DNA of 64,000 bases from an uncultured Acidimicrobiia bacterium (lineage in GTDB: Bacteria; Acidobacteriota; Terriglobia; Versatilivoradales; Versatilivoraceae): the NCBI GenBank assembly GCA_963786955.1, contig CAWBAT010000005.1, positions 384,001 to 448,000 of the forward strand. The letters run 5' to 3'. Below, piece by piece: positions 46,089 to 56,835 of this stretch. Position numbers and translations under genes: made by a program. Under the pieces are notes generated by a model. That model made no database searches. It worked only from the letters and a program-made list of their open reading frames with translations, and had not been told where the DNA came from. Within the stretch, counting starts at the first letter, position 1. The number at the start of each line of letters is the position of its first letter.

Positions 46089-46605
46089 GTGGCTGTGGAC
46101 GAGACTCAGCTAATCGATGATTACGGCCCGCGAATCCTTTATATTGCGCTGCGCCGCCTTCGTGACCGGACCCTTGCCGAGGAAGTCGCTCAGGAAACCC
46201 TCACCTTAGTCATTCAAGCCCTCCGAGAAGATCGTGTGCGTGAGGAGGCTAAGTTGCCAGGGTATATTTTCACGGTGGCGAACAATCTCATTCTAAAGGG
46301 TCTTCGCGAGCGCTCACGGAAAGAGGAGCTGGATTCGAAACCAGGGCCTGAGGAGCAAGATGCGTGGGTCGATGATCATGATGCAGGGCTTCTCATAGAA
46401 GAAGCAGAGACAACAAGTCCGGCACGCTTTAGCTCAATTGGACTCCAGTGATTACGATCTTCTGAATGAGATATTCGTCCATGAGAAATCGCTTGAGGAG
46501 ATTTCCAAAGGATTGGGGGTTTCTTATGCCGCGTTGCGAAAAAGGAAGTCGAGAGCAATCGAGCGGCTGAAAAAATTATTTCTCGGAGAGTCACAAAATA
46601 GGTAG
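46089..46605 (+). CDS. ECF RNA polymerase sigma factor (frameshift near 46410)
   Basis: AEEVAQETL, YIFTVANN; off-frame region 4 SLEEISKGLGVSYAALRKRKSRAIERLK. Confidence 0.88.
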
Positions 46606-46618
46606 TAAAGACTCTTAT
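46590..46618 (+). promoter_or_regulatory. Putative ECF promoter overlapping the sigma 3' end, facing the anti-sigma/CHAT genes
   Basis: GTCACAAAAT-AGGTAGTAAA-GACTCTTAT. Confidence 0.7.
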
Positions 46619-46643
46619 CAATGAAAAGCTTGGTGGAATTGAA

Positions 46644-47421
46644 ATGAACTGCCAACAAGTGGAAGAACAGGAAGTGATCGAACGATATCTGGCTGAGAAA
46701 CTCTCGGAACAAGAATCCGCCGCCTTTGAAGAGCACTTTTTGGGATGCAAGCAGTGCTTCGAGGAATTGCGGCTTCACCACGCTGCGGCTGCTGAAATGC
46801 GCCAGCGGGCTACTCCTAAAGCGCCAGATGCCGCTCACCCAGTGGAATCAGGCCTGGAAAGTGAGTTTGGCTGTGGCTGCGGTTCTCGTCTTGGGATTTG
46901 TCTCGGTAATGGTCCTCAATCGTGGTCGCATCCCAGAACCCCAGCAGTCCAGTGTGGTTCCGCCTGATCGCCATGAGGAATTATTCAAAGAACTGGCCGA
47001 GATCAAGACGCCCCCTTTATATGCCCCCTCGACGATCCGTGGCAGCAAGTCTGATCGAGCGCTCGAGAAGTTCAGGCAAGGCATGGAAGATTACCAGAAA
47101 GGAAATTACTTGCAGGCGGCTGGCGTCCTTCAAGAAGCCTCTGCGCTCGATCCCAGCCACCTGCCAAGCCGTTTTTATCTAGGGATCTCTCTGCTCATGG
47201 CAAATCAGACCGATGAAGCCATCGGGCAACTTTCCAAGCTGGCCGGTCCTGAGACGGACCCCTACCAGGATGAGTCGCATTGGTATCTCTCTAAAGCCTA
47301 TTTCCGAAAGAAGGATTTAGAAAATGCACGCAAGGAATTGGAGTTAGTAGCCGCTCTGAATCGGCAACATGCATCTGAAGCGCGACAAGTCTTGGAACGG
47401 TTGAAGTCATTGGGGAAATAG
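46644..47421 (+). CDS. Anti-sigma factor: zf-HC2 + TM helix + periplasmic TPR domain (frameshift near 46820)
   Basis: MNC...FEEHFLGCKQC (HxxxCxxC), SLAVAAVLVLGFV, TPR-like FYLGISLL, WYLSKAY. Confidence 0.82.
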
Positions 47422-47741
47422 TTGTAGCGGTCTGTGCATTTGCCCAGGAGTTCGTAGTACCGCCTTCAGGTGGTAATGTTCCGGGCCGGCTATAGTCGGG
47501 ACTACAAACTTGATTCAGGCTAAATCATGTAGTGACGACCCCGCTCTACCCCACCAGCCCCTCTCCCACACGGAGGAGAGCGGGTGGCCGAAGGCGAGGT
47601 GAGGGAGGTGTTGACCATAAGTTGCTGGCAATTGGTCGTCTCTTTAAGACGTCTTGGCCTTGGTCCGGTGGCATTGAGAAAGCCCATAAAGATATTTATG
47701 ATCAGCGCCTGGCACAAAGGATCGCGGCTGAGATTACTTAA

Positions 47742-50700
47742 TTGAATGAGTTTGCCAGAAAACCAGCATTTCTCTTTCCCTTCATTCTTGGGTTTCTACT
47801 GTGTAACCCCACCAAGGCAGCTCCCATTGTCTATCCCCCCAGCCAATCGATTGTTTGAAAATGACACCTACCAATCGGCGATTCAGTCTCTACAACAGGG
47901 CGATAGGGTCACATTACAAAACCTTATCAACCGAGATCCCCTTATTGCCAGGAAAGTCCTGATTAAACTCCTGCGCCAGCCAGACAAACTTGAAGACGGC
48001 CCGGGTCTATGGCAGAACTTTTTCCATCGAGCTGTGACCTGGAATTGGAGAAGCCCTTCTTCGATTTTTTCATCAGCGACTGATTCCGATATCCGGAAGA
48101 AACTGCTCAATTCAGTCGAACTGATCACAGACGCAGAATATGCAATCCAACACGTTCAACGGATCGACGACTTTGAGAATCTTATCAAGGATCAGGGCCT
48201 CATCATCTTCGCCAGGCAGCAGTGGAATTCCACGCCATAGGTTTCATGGATGGGCAGGCCTATAGCCTCGCCCGATCGGCGATATACGGAGGAAGGTTTC
48301 CTTATATGGATTCCGGGCTGGAGACGATGGAAGAGGCGCGAGCTCTTTATGAGAAGTCGGAAAATCTGCGCGGCCAGGTCTTTTGCCTGGTGCAGTTGGC
48401 ACACCTAAATTATCAGCGCCTCGAAGAAAAGAGCAAGGCGGCCCAGCTTTATTTGCAGGCTTGTGAGAAGGGGAAAATCGAAGGGACCCCTATTCTCGGA
48501 TATTACCTCAGTCAATATAGCTGGATGACGGATAAGCCTCCCGTAGACTGGCTGAAAGAGTCCAGTGAGCTACGTGAAAATGAACCCGGACTGAGGAGCA
48601 CAAGGTATCAGATGCTTTTGAAGCAGGACACGCCCGTTGAGAAATACCTGGCGTTGTTGGAACAGGAGACCGACCCCGTTCTCAAGATTCGCGCTCATTG
48701 GAATTTGTTTCAGAACCTTTCGTATAACGACCGGCAAACTCAGGCCATGGAAGAGGCTGATGCTGCTATCACATTGGCGCGGCGACAAGCGTACGACATG
48801 TCAGCCTACGGAGGGTCGTTCCATCCGGCAGTGCCGTCCATGCTGATCGCACGGGCGCAATCAAAGATACAACTGGGGATGCTCCGCGAAGCCGAGAGCG
48901 ATTGTCTGGAAGCGATTGTCCTACTTGAATAGCAGGCCTCCCAGACTGATGCGAATTACATCGAACCGGTGAAGATTACTGCTCTCGATCGACTCAGCAA
49001 GATTTACGGAGCACTCGGAGAGTACCCTTCGGCAATCGAAAAAGCTCGTGAATCTTTAAAGCTATCCCAGCCAAGAAACGCAGGAGATTCGACCTACTAT
49101 TCGTATGAGTTCCTGGCTGAAGTGCATGGTGAGATGGGCCAATTGCGTCCGGCTGAGGACTACCTGGAAAAAGCCGCTAGCATGCCCTTCCCATACAATC
49201 CTGCTCCAATCCACATGGCTGAGTTACATCTCAATTTCCAACGTTACGAAGAAGCCCTAAGGGACCTGGACCGAGCGCAGCAGGGACTTGATGAGTTCTT
49301 TCAAGATCCGCCCTCAGGCCCGACCATTCCTCTGGGGGGTTACTCAACGACTTCGGCTCTTGACTGAAATTTGGCTTCAACTTGGCGAACCTGAAAAGGC
49401 GCTGGTAACGGCAAAGGAGACTGGAGGAGCGGAAACATCCGGTTGAGCAGGGAATGCTGGGAATGGCTCTGATGGCATTGGGGCGTTATCCCGAGGCGGA
49501 GAAATACTTTCAGGCTCGCTTGGACTCATTGAAGGGAGCAGCCTGGCCCCAGAAGGAAGTGGATGCGGTGCTGAACCTGGGAAAGATCTATCAGGCAGCT
49601 GAAGCGATCTGGAGAGGCCAGCCGTTACTTCCAGAGGGCATTGGAATTGTATCGCCAGATGGGGGACCGGCGCGGCGAGCTGGAGGTCCTGCTCGAGATC
49701 GCTCAGATGGCATACAAACTGAATGACCTTCGGACATCGGAACAGAGTTCCCTCCAAGCGCTAGGTCTGGCCAACGAACTCCAGGATTCACAGGGGGTAT
49801 GGTCGGCTCAATACCGCCTAGCCAAAATCGCTTTGTCCCAAGGGCAAAAACAAAAGGCTATCGAACATCTGGAAGCGTCGGTAGATGCAGTGGAAGACGG
49901 TTTCCGGAAAAATCAAGGTGGATGTTTACAAAACCGGTTTTCTCGAAGACAAGGTTCAGGTGTTCGACGAATTGATCGCTCTGCTCGGCCCCGCTGATCC
50001 GGCTAAGGCTTTTTATTACGCTGAAAAACGGCGGGCGCGGGCTTTTCTTGAATCCAGCCAAAGAGCCGGACTTCTCTACGACTGCCATTCCCGATGATCT
50101 CAGGCTTCGAAAAGAGGCGATGGAAGCTCGATTGGTCGGCAAGCAGAAAGCCTTGCTGGAGCAGTTTTCCAAGCCTGCCAGCCAAAGAAACTCGGCTTTG
50201 ATTCAGTCGTTTCAAAATGATTTAAAGCAAATTCGGGAAGAGCACACACAATTAATTAAGACCATCGAGCTGGATACATCCACTGGAACAGTTGCCCGAA
50301 AAGAGATCTTCCCTCTAACTGCCAGCCAGGTTCAGCAGACTGTGTTGAGGCCCGGGCAAGCCCTGTTGGAATACGTTCGTTCGAGACCGGGAAACCTATC
50401 TCTTTCTGGTCACCAGGCAGGCCTGCAAATTTTACCGCTTGCCCATAGCCCGGCAGGAACTCGCTCACCGTATTGAAAAACTGCAGTTGCCCTTCAGCCA
50501 GTTCCAGGAAGGAAGAATTGACTTGGCCCACCTCAGTTACGACGTTCAGCTAAGCCATGGGCTCTACCGGCTGCTTTTCCAGCCCATTGAGTCAGCGCTT
50601 CGGCCAGGGACTGAAATCATCGTCGTTCCGGATGACGTCTTAAATTATCTGCCCTTCGAAAGCCTGTCACGCACAGGAGAATTGAGGCCTGCCACGGCTG

Positions 50701-51521
50701 ATTTGCCGTTTGCGGAATATCGGGATGTTGACTGGCTGGTCAAACGCTTCAGCTTTGTTTATGCCCTCTCGGCAAGTTCGCTGCGTCTGCGCCTGGAGCA
50801 GCCTAGCTCCACTCAACGGCAGTTGCTGGCATTCGGTAATCCCTCGGTGGGGAGCTCTCAAGAAAGCGACATCCAACGAGTCGTCCTGCGTGGAAGTCTC
50901 AAGACTGGTGAGCATTTTCCCGAGTTCCCTTCCCTGCCGCAGGCAGCCAAAGAAAGTAGAAAGATCGGCGAGCTCATGTCGGGCAAGCTCAGGACCAAAG
51001 TCTTTTTGGGCGATCAGGCCACGGAGAGCCAGTTCTTCAAGGAGGCTCCCTCTGCAGACTACCTTCATTTTGCCGTACACTCCATGGTCAATCAGGAAGA
51101 ACCTTATTACTCTGCACTCGTGCTTGCCCCGGAGCAGCACTCAGACGGCTTGCTGCAGGCCTACGAAATCGTGAATACGCGGTTACAGTCACACCTCGTC
51201 ACTTTGAGCGGCTGCGAGACTGCCTTGGGTAAGCTGAAGAGGGGAGAGGGGATGCTCGGCTTGCAACGAGCCTTCCTGCAGGCTGGAGCGGAATCTGTGG
51301 TCGTCAGCTTATGGAGTGTTGAAGATTCTACAGCGGACTTCATGGAAGCGTTTTACAAGAACATCCGGGACGGTCAAAGCCTTTCAGTGGCGCTTCGAAA
51401 CGCTAAACTGAAATACCTGGAACGAGCGCTCGCGCTTGGCGGTGGCCAGCACTTCTCATTAAGTCACCCGTTTTTCTGGGCGCCTTTTGTGTTGACCACA
51501 ACCGCGCTTGACAGTCGATGA
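47742..51521 (+). CDS. TPR + CHAT (caspase HetF-associated) protease, probably exported; many indels and one in-frame TAG
   Basis: TPR helices; VVPDDVLNYLPFE, LHFAVHS (His), VTLSGCETALG (Cys), GEG.LGL.RAFL.AGA.SVVVSLWSV, HPFFWAPF; signal peptide in frame from TTG 47742. Confidence 0.85.
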
Positions 51522-51700
51522 ATTTAGGTAGTAGGTTAAGAATCATCGGAACATTTGCAGAAAGGGAGCCCGCCCCTCTTTTCAAAAGGCCCGAACTGAG
51601 AGTGGTTTTGAAGTCTCTCAGCTCATCTGCTACATGATAGACATGATATAGAGGAATACAGGGCTAGTACTAAGTTGCGGAAACCCGTGCTGTAGCCGGT

Positions 51701-51755
51701 TGTAGCCGGCCTCGTTGAGGCCGGCCCTTGACCGGGTTCAGCGACCCCGGCTACA
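51701..51755 (+). repeat. REP family A, copy 4
   Basis: Matches consensus; preceded by an extra TGTAGCCGG and a TIR-like CTAGTACTAAGTTG at 51664. Confidence 0.85.
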
Positions 51756-51762
51756 AAGCGAC

Positions 51763-51862
51763 TGTAGCGCAGACCTGATTTCTAGGTCTGCGGCATTGAA
51801 TCTTGAGTGGTGCATTATGCTACATTCAAAGCCGCAGAGGCAGAAAGCGCCTCTGCGCTACA
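51763..51862 (+). repeat. REPIN family B, copy 1 (TGTAGCGCAGA...TCTGCGCTACA)
   Basis: Inverted doublet; homologous to 55790..55928. Confidence 0.8.
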
Positions 51863-52006
51863 ACTACACCGCACAAAAACCTTTATGTCATCGCACCATT
51901 GACTGGAGTAACAGGACGAATTTGGAGTCTTTCCGGATGTGTCGGGGCCTGCGAGTTGACGGAAATCAGTCCGGAATCGGCGATCCTGGGGACAACAGGG
52001 CGTCGC

Positions 52007-52061
52007 TGTAGCCGCCCTCGGTGAGGCCGGCCCTTGACCGGGGTCAACGACCCCGGCTACA
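52007..52061 (+). repeat. REP family A, copy 5
   Basis: Matches consensus; directly abuts the RBS of the next gene. Confidence 0.85.
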
Positions 52062-52077
52062 GCAGAGGAGGGAATCT

Positions 52078-55000
52078 ATGCCGCGTTTGTTTCTCGTCTT
52101 CGCGTTGTTCGCTGTCTCAACTTCCATTTTCTCTCAAACCCTCGATCGGGCCAGTGTTAGCGGCCGCGTGACTGATGAGTCAGGCGCTGTAGTCGCCGGA
52201 TGCATCGATCCTACTGGTTAACGAAGAAACAAATCATCGGCAGACAACAATTTCCGGTAAGACAGGAGATTTCGATTTCCCCTTTGTCACAACTGGACGT
52301 TATGTCTTAAGCGTACAGGCCAAAGACTTCCCCTTGCTAAAGATTGACGGGCTTCGGTTAGCCTCTAATCAAAATCTGAACCTCCCCATCACTCTTAAAG
52401 TCGGGCCGCTCGAGACAAATATCACCGTCACCTCGATACCCAATCACATTGATACCAGCAGCGCTACAGTGCAGCATGTGATTTCAGAAAATGAATTCAA
52501 AGACATGCCGATCTTTAGCAATGGCTATGTCCGAGGTGTCCTTTATACGCTCCCCTTGTTGGTGCCTGGCGCAAACATGGTCGGTACAAACAGCCCACAG
52601 GGGGGATTTGGTCACAACATCTATGGAAAAGGAGTCTCGATCAATGGCTCACCAGTGGCCGTCAGTTGGTTTTACCTTTGACGGCATTAGTAACAACCAG
52701 TTTGGTGATCTGGGACGGTGGTTCGGGAACAGTCGGTCCAAATCCGGATGCGCTGGGCGAATTCTCTGTCTTGACGAACACTTTTAAGGCTGAAAACGGG
52801 AACTACCCGGTCATCGTCAACCTTCAAACCAAATCTGGCACCAATACACTCCATGGCCAGGTGCGAGGGATTTATCAAGACCCAAAATTGAGCGCCCGCG
52901 ATTTCTTTGCGTTGGATGACAATCAAGGGCAAATCATAAGAACTTGGGGCGTCCAGCTTTCCGGCCCCGTGGTCATTCCCAAGTTGTACAATGGAAAAAA
53001 CAAAACTCTTTTCTTTGTAGACCTGGAAAGATCCTGGCGGCTGTAGCCATTTACGAGACATAGCAGCCGACAATCTCGCTGCCACAGCGATCCGGCGACT
53101 TTTCCCAGTTGCCACAAGGCCTATGGCCCAAAGATCCGCTGACCGGTGAAGTCTTCCCCGGCGGCCGCATCCCAGACAATCGGATTCTGCCGCAATCTCA
53201 GCACTACATCGACCAGTTCATGGCCAAGCCAAATCGAGAGAGCCAGTGGGTGGCAATGGGTCATCTAATCTGCAATGGGACTGTACTGACACTGCGCATC
53301 GACCAGCAGTTTTCAGCCAACGACACTTTAAGCGGGAGTCTCCTCTACAGCCACCAAAACAATGATGCTGTCTTCGGTCCAGTCATTGACACTACATATC
53401 ACGTCTTCAACCCGGGAAATAATCTCGCTCTGCATTACGCTCATCAGTTCTCTCCTCAGGCGGTCAATTCGATAACCTTTGGCCGAAGCCATTTCAATTC
53501 CAGTACATCCTGGTAAATGGCCAGTTTAATCAGGTGGATTTAACCCAGTATGGATTCAACATTCATCAAGACATGTCAGGTCCCACCGGTTTCCCACATA
53601 TACTCCTGCCCAGCACAAGAAACTATTTTAATCCCGGAGGAGAGCAAGAGGCAGGGAATGATGATGTATGGACATTAAGAGACGACTTTGCCTTCAGCCA
53701 TGGTCATCATGCGCTGAAGTTTGGCGCTGATTTTCGGTGGTGGCGGTCCGAAAAAGTGAACAGCCGGAATGGGTATGCCCACCTTCCTTTTCCTGGATCA
53801 AAATCCCTATGGCAGCGGGAATGATGTAGCGGACCTGCTCCTTGGAATTCCACTCGATTATTACCAGGGGGCGCCCTTCGCAGACCGCCCGCGCCGAAAT
53901 CTTTTCGCGGCCTATTTTCAAGACGATTTCAAACTACGCTCAGATTTGACCCTCAATATTGGATTGCGTTATGAGCTGAATGGAGTCTGGACTAGCGCGG
54001 ACGGGAAAAACGCTTTTTTCCGACCCGGTGTGCAAAGCAGGATGTTTCCAGAATGCGCCTCCTGGAATGTTATTTCCCGGTGATGTGGACCCCTCATCAG
54101 GCTCCAAACTAGGCTTTGCTGCCTATCCTACGGATTATAATAATTTCGCTCCGAGAATCGGGCTGGCTTATTTACCTTCTTCGGGCAATCCCTTTCTGAG
54201 AAAGCTGTTCGGCTCGATGGGCGATACTTCGATCCGCGTAGGATATGGCATTTACTACTTTCCCAGCCGTGGCGGGGCGGCCGATTTCTGGTTCAGTTCA
54301 ATTCCTCCCTGGTCGTTTTTCGTGAACCGCTACACGGACCAACTCCATAATTCGGGTGGGACCTTTGCCAATCCTTGGGGAAGCAACCCGGATCCCTTCG
54401 CATCTCCAATCTCTCATCGTGAATTCAGCCTTCCGATCCAAGGACTCACCGATCATGAAGCTAACCTCAGGGAGCCTTACCAGCAACAATGGACATTTTC
54501 CGTGCAACGGCAGTTGCCGCAGAACTTTATTCTCGATTTAGCTTACCTGGGAAATCACGCTGTTCATCTTCACCGAACTTATGAAGTGAACCCGGGACTT
54601 TTGACCGCCGATGCGAATCCTTTTAACGCAGATTCCAGACGCCAATATCAGGATTTTGCTCAAATTCCCGGTTACGCCAGCGACGGGATGTCCAGCTACA
54701 ATGCTTTCCAGGTTCGCCTGAATCGCCGCTTTACTTCCCATTTTATGCTCAATGCCCATTACGTTTGGTCCAAAACCATGGATAACGCGGAAGGGGGCCC
54801 ACCTCAGGTCTTTAGCTACGCGGATCGAGATGCGAATCCTTGGGCCCGGGCAAATGCCGACAGCCGGAACCAATTCGTATTGTATGGGGTCTGGGATCTT
54901 CCCCAAGTAAAATACAATAAGTTTCTCGACAAAGTGGCTTCAGGCTGGCAGGTCAGCGGGATTGTGCGAATGGCGTCTGGGATCCCTTATAATTTTCGTA

Positions 55001-55438
55001 ATGATTTTGATTCGACGCTGCGTGGCATTTCCCCGGGATCTCCAGACCTCATAGCCCCCTTTCGAAAACTTGACCCACGGCAGGTCCATACTTTTACATT
55101 GCCGAATGGTAGGACGGTGACCGGCAATTTCCTCTTTGATCCAACTGTTTTTCGAACCGTCTTCCCTAAGAGTGTTGAAGAGGCTCGGCTTGGAAATCTC
55201 GGCCGAAACGTTTTTACCGGGCCTGGAGTCAATAATGTCGATCTAAGCTTGCTCAAGGAGATTGTGTTGAAGGATCGTCAGCGTCTCGACTTCCGCGTAG
55301 ACTTGGTCAATGTGTTCAATCACGCTCAGTGTGACTTTCCACTACTATACCCAAGATATTGTCAGTTTCCAATTTGGATCCACTGCTAGTACCACGGGGC
55401 CCAGACAAATCCAGCTGTATCTCAGATATAGTTTTTGA
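52078..55438 (+). CDS. Oar-like TonB-dependent receptor with carboxypeptidase-regulatory-like domain (many indels)
   Basis: RBS GAGGAGG, signal peptide, VSGRVTDESGAVV, PNPDA..EF.V.TN, YFQDDFK....LTLN.GLRYE, NNFAPRIG, GRN...GPG..N.D.SL.K, PRQIQL.LRYSF*. Confidence 0.85.
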
Positions 55439-55488
55439 ATGTTGGCCTCTACGTGGGAGCGAAGTTGTGAAGAATTTACCGAAGCGGC

Positions 55489-55588
55489 TGTAGGGAACGC
55501 TCGCCGCAGCGTTCCCCTGCTGGCCGCGGGCATTGAAGTCAAATGGATTCGCCGCCCAATAAGGAACGGATCAGCGTCCGTTCCCTAC
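55489..55588. repeat. GTAG REPIN doublet (GTAGGGAACG...CGTTCCCTAC)
   Basis: Inverted GTAG-headed hairpins after the receptor stop. Confidence 0.65.
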
Positions 55589-55622
55589 GAAGCGAACGTA
55601 GCACAGAGACAGATTCCCTCAC

Positions 55623-55677
55623 TGTAGCCGGCCTCGGTGAGGCCGGCCCCTGACCGGGGTCAACGCCCCCGGCTACA
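55623..55677 (+). repeat. REP family A, copy 6
   Basis: Matches consensus. Confidence 0.85.
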
Positions 55678-55789
55678 ACTTTTTAGAGCTTGCCGTATTT
55701 ATACGGACATAAGGTTTAGTTTTCCCAAATGGATGGAAATTATTTGGCAGCGAGGTCTTGGTTCATCGGTCTGCGGCTTTTCGGTGGGA

Positions 55790-55928
55790 GTAGCGCAAAC
55801 CCGAAGTCCCCCTTCGAAGGGGGGGCCGCTTTGCGGCGGGGGATGTAAAGGGTCTGCGGCATTGAATATTGAGGGTCACGTTCTGCTACGTTCAAAGCCG
55901 CAGAGGCAGAAAGCGCCTCTGCGCTACA
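55790..55928 (+). repeat. REPIN family B, copy 2, with a nested insertion
   Basis: Shares GGTCTGCGGCATTGAAT...TTCAAAGCCGCAGAGGCAGAAAGCGCCTCTGCGCTACA with copy 1. Confidence 0.8.
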
Positions 55929-55955
55929 ACTATGCGGAAGGTTGGCCGGGATAGC

Positions 55956-56010
55956 TGTAGCTGGCCTCGGTGAGGCCGGCCCTGGGCCGGGATCAGCGAT
56001 CCCGGCTACA
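55956..56010 (+). repeat. REP family A, copy 7
   Basis: Matches consensus. Confidence 0.85.
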
Positions 56011-56022
56011 GACGCATTCCCT

Positions 56023-56835
56023 CTACTTCACCACAATCCCGGCATATCCCACAACCTCACCGCGATCTCCGCTGATATCTCCAGAGGTTGCGTACTTCAC
56101 CAGCTCAGGCTTTCGAGAAGGCAGGTCATCAAGGCTATTCAACATGGCGATGGCTGGGCCGTAACCGCACATGCTAATCGATTCGGATTTGACGACGTCA
56201 TAAAGCCCTTTGGGATCGAGTTCCAGGATCTTATTGATTGCCATGCGATCTTTGGCTCGGGTAATCACATCTGACTCATAATGATTCATGTCGCTGCTGG
56301 CAATCACAAGGATATCTTCCCCCAATTCCTTCCTTGTGGCTTCGATGGCTCTGCCCAGACGTTCCAGGCTCGCGTAGCCGCTAGTTCCTATGGCAATGGG
56401 GACAAACTTAAAGTCATTTCGGAGCGCATAAAGAAACGGAAGCTGCACTTCGAGAGAGTGTTCAGAACGATGCGCCTCCGAGTCTTCGCTCAAGAGGTGG
56501 CAATGGTGCCTGAGCCGTCTGGCCAGGTCGGTATCAATCTCAATTCTGCCCAGTGGAATTTCCCAGGACCCGCTCGACATGATGGCCAGCGAGGCTCCCA
56601 TCCCGGTGTGATTAGGGCACATGATAATGATGCGGGCAGGAACCTCGATCAAGGCATACACCGCGCCTGCTACATGACCGGAATACATGTACCCGGCATG
56701 GGGAACCAGAATTCCTTTGGCTTTGACATCTGCCTGCACAGTCCCGAGAAACCTGGAAACTTCCCCCCCCAGAGCCTCTTTCCCGGCAGGGTAAAATCGT
56801 CCAGCGACTGCTGGCTTTCGGATCATTTCCTTCAT
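56023..56835 (-). CDS. amrB: AmmeMemoRadiSam system protein B (MEMO family)
   Basis: RKPAVAGRFYP, PHAGYMYSG, PNHTG, EHSLEVQLPFL, ASSDMNHY, SMCG, VVGYAG. Confidence 0.92.
   Translation of the reverse strand: MKEMIRKPAVAGRFYPAGKEALGGEVSRFLGTVQADVKAKGILVPHAGYMYSGHVAGAVYALIEVPARIIIMCPNHTGMGASLAIMSSGSWEIPLGRIEIDTDLARRLRHHCHLLSEDSEAHRSEHSLEVQLPFLYALRNDFKFVPIAIGTSGYASLERLGRAIEATRKELGEDILVIASSDMNHYESDVITRAKDRMAINKILELDPKGLYDVVKSESISMCGYGPAIAMLNSLDDLPSRKPELVKYATSGDISGDRGEVVGYAGIVVK

Noticed and set aside
48930-48932. Pyrrolysine or stop-codon recoding
   Set aside because: TAG is used as a normal stop in many genes here, no pyl genes are seen, and the context is not a methyltransferase
41610-56010. 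CRISPR array or type III-E (Craspase) locus
   Set aside because: Repeats are irregularly spaced with whole genes between them, and no cas genes are present
41610-56010. True integron
   Set aside because: No IntI or attI; repeats have TGTAG/CTACA ends rather than RYYYAAC/GTTRRRY
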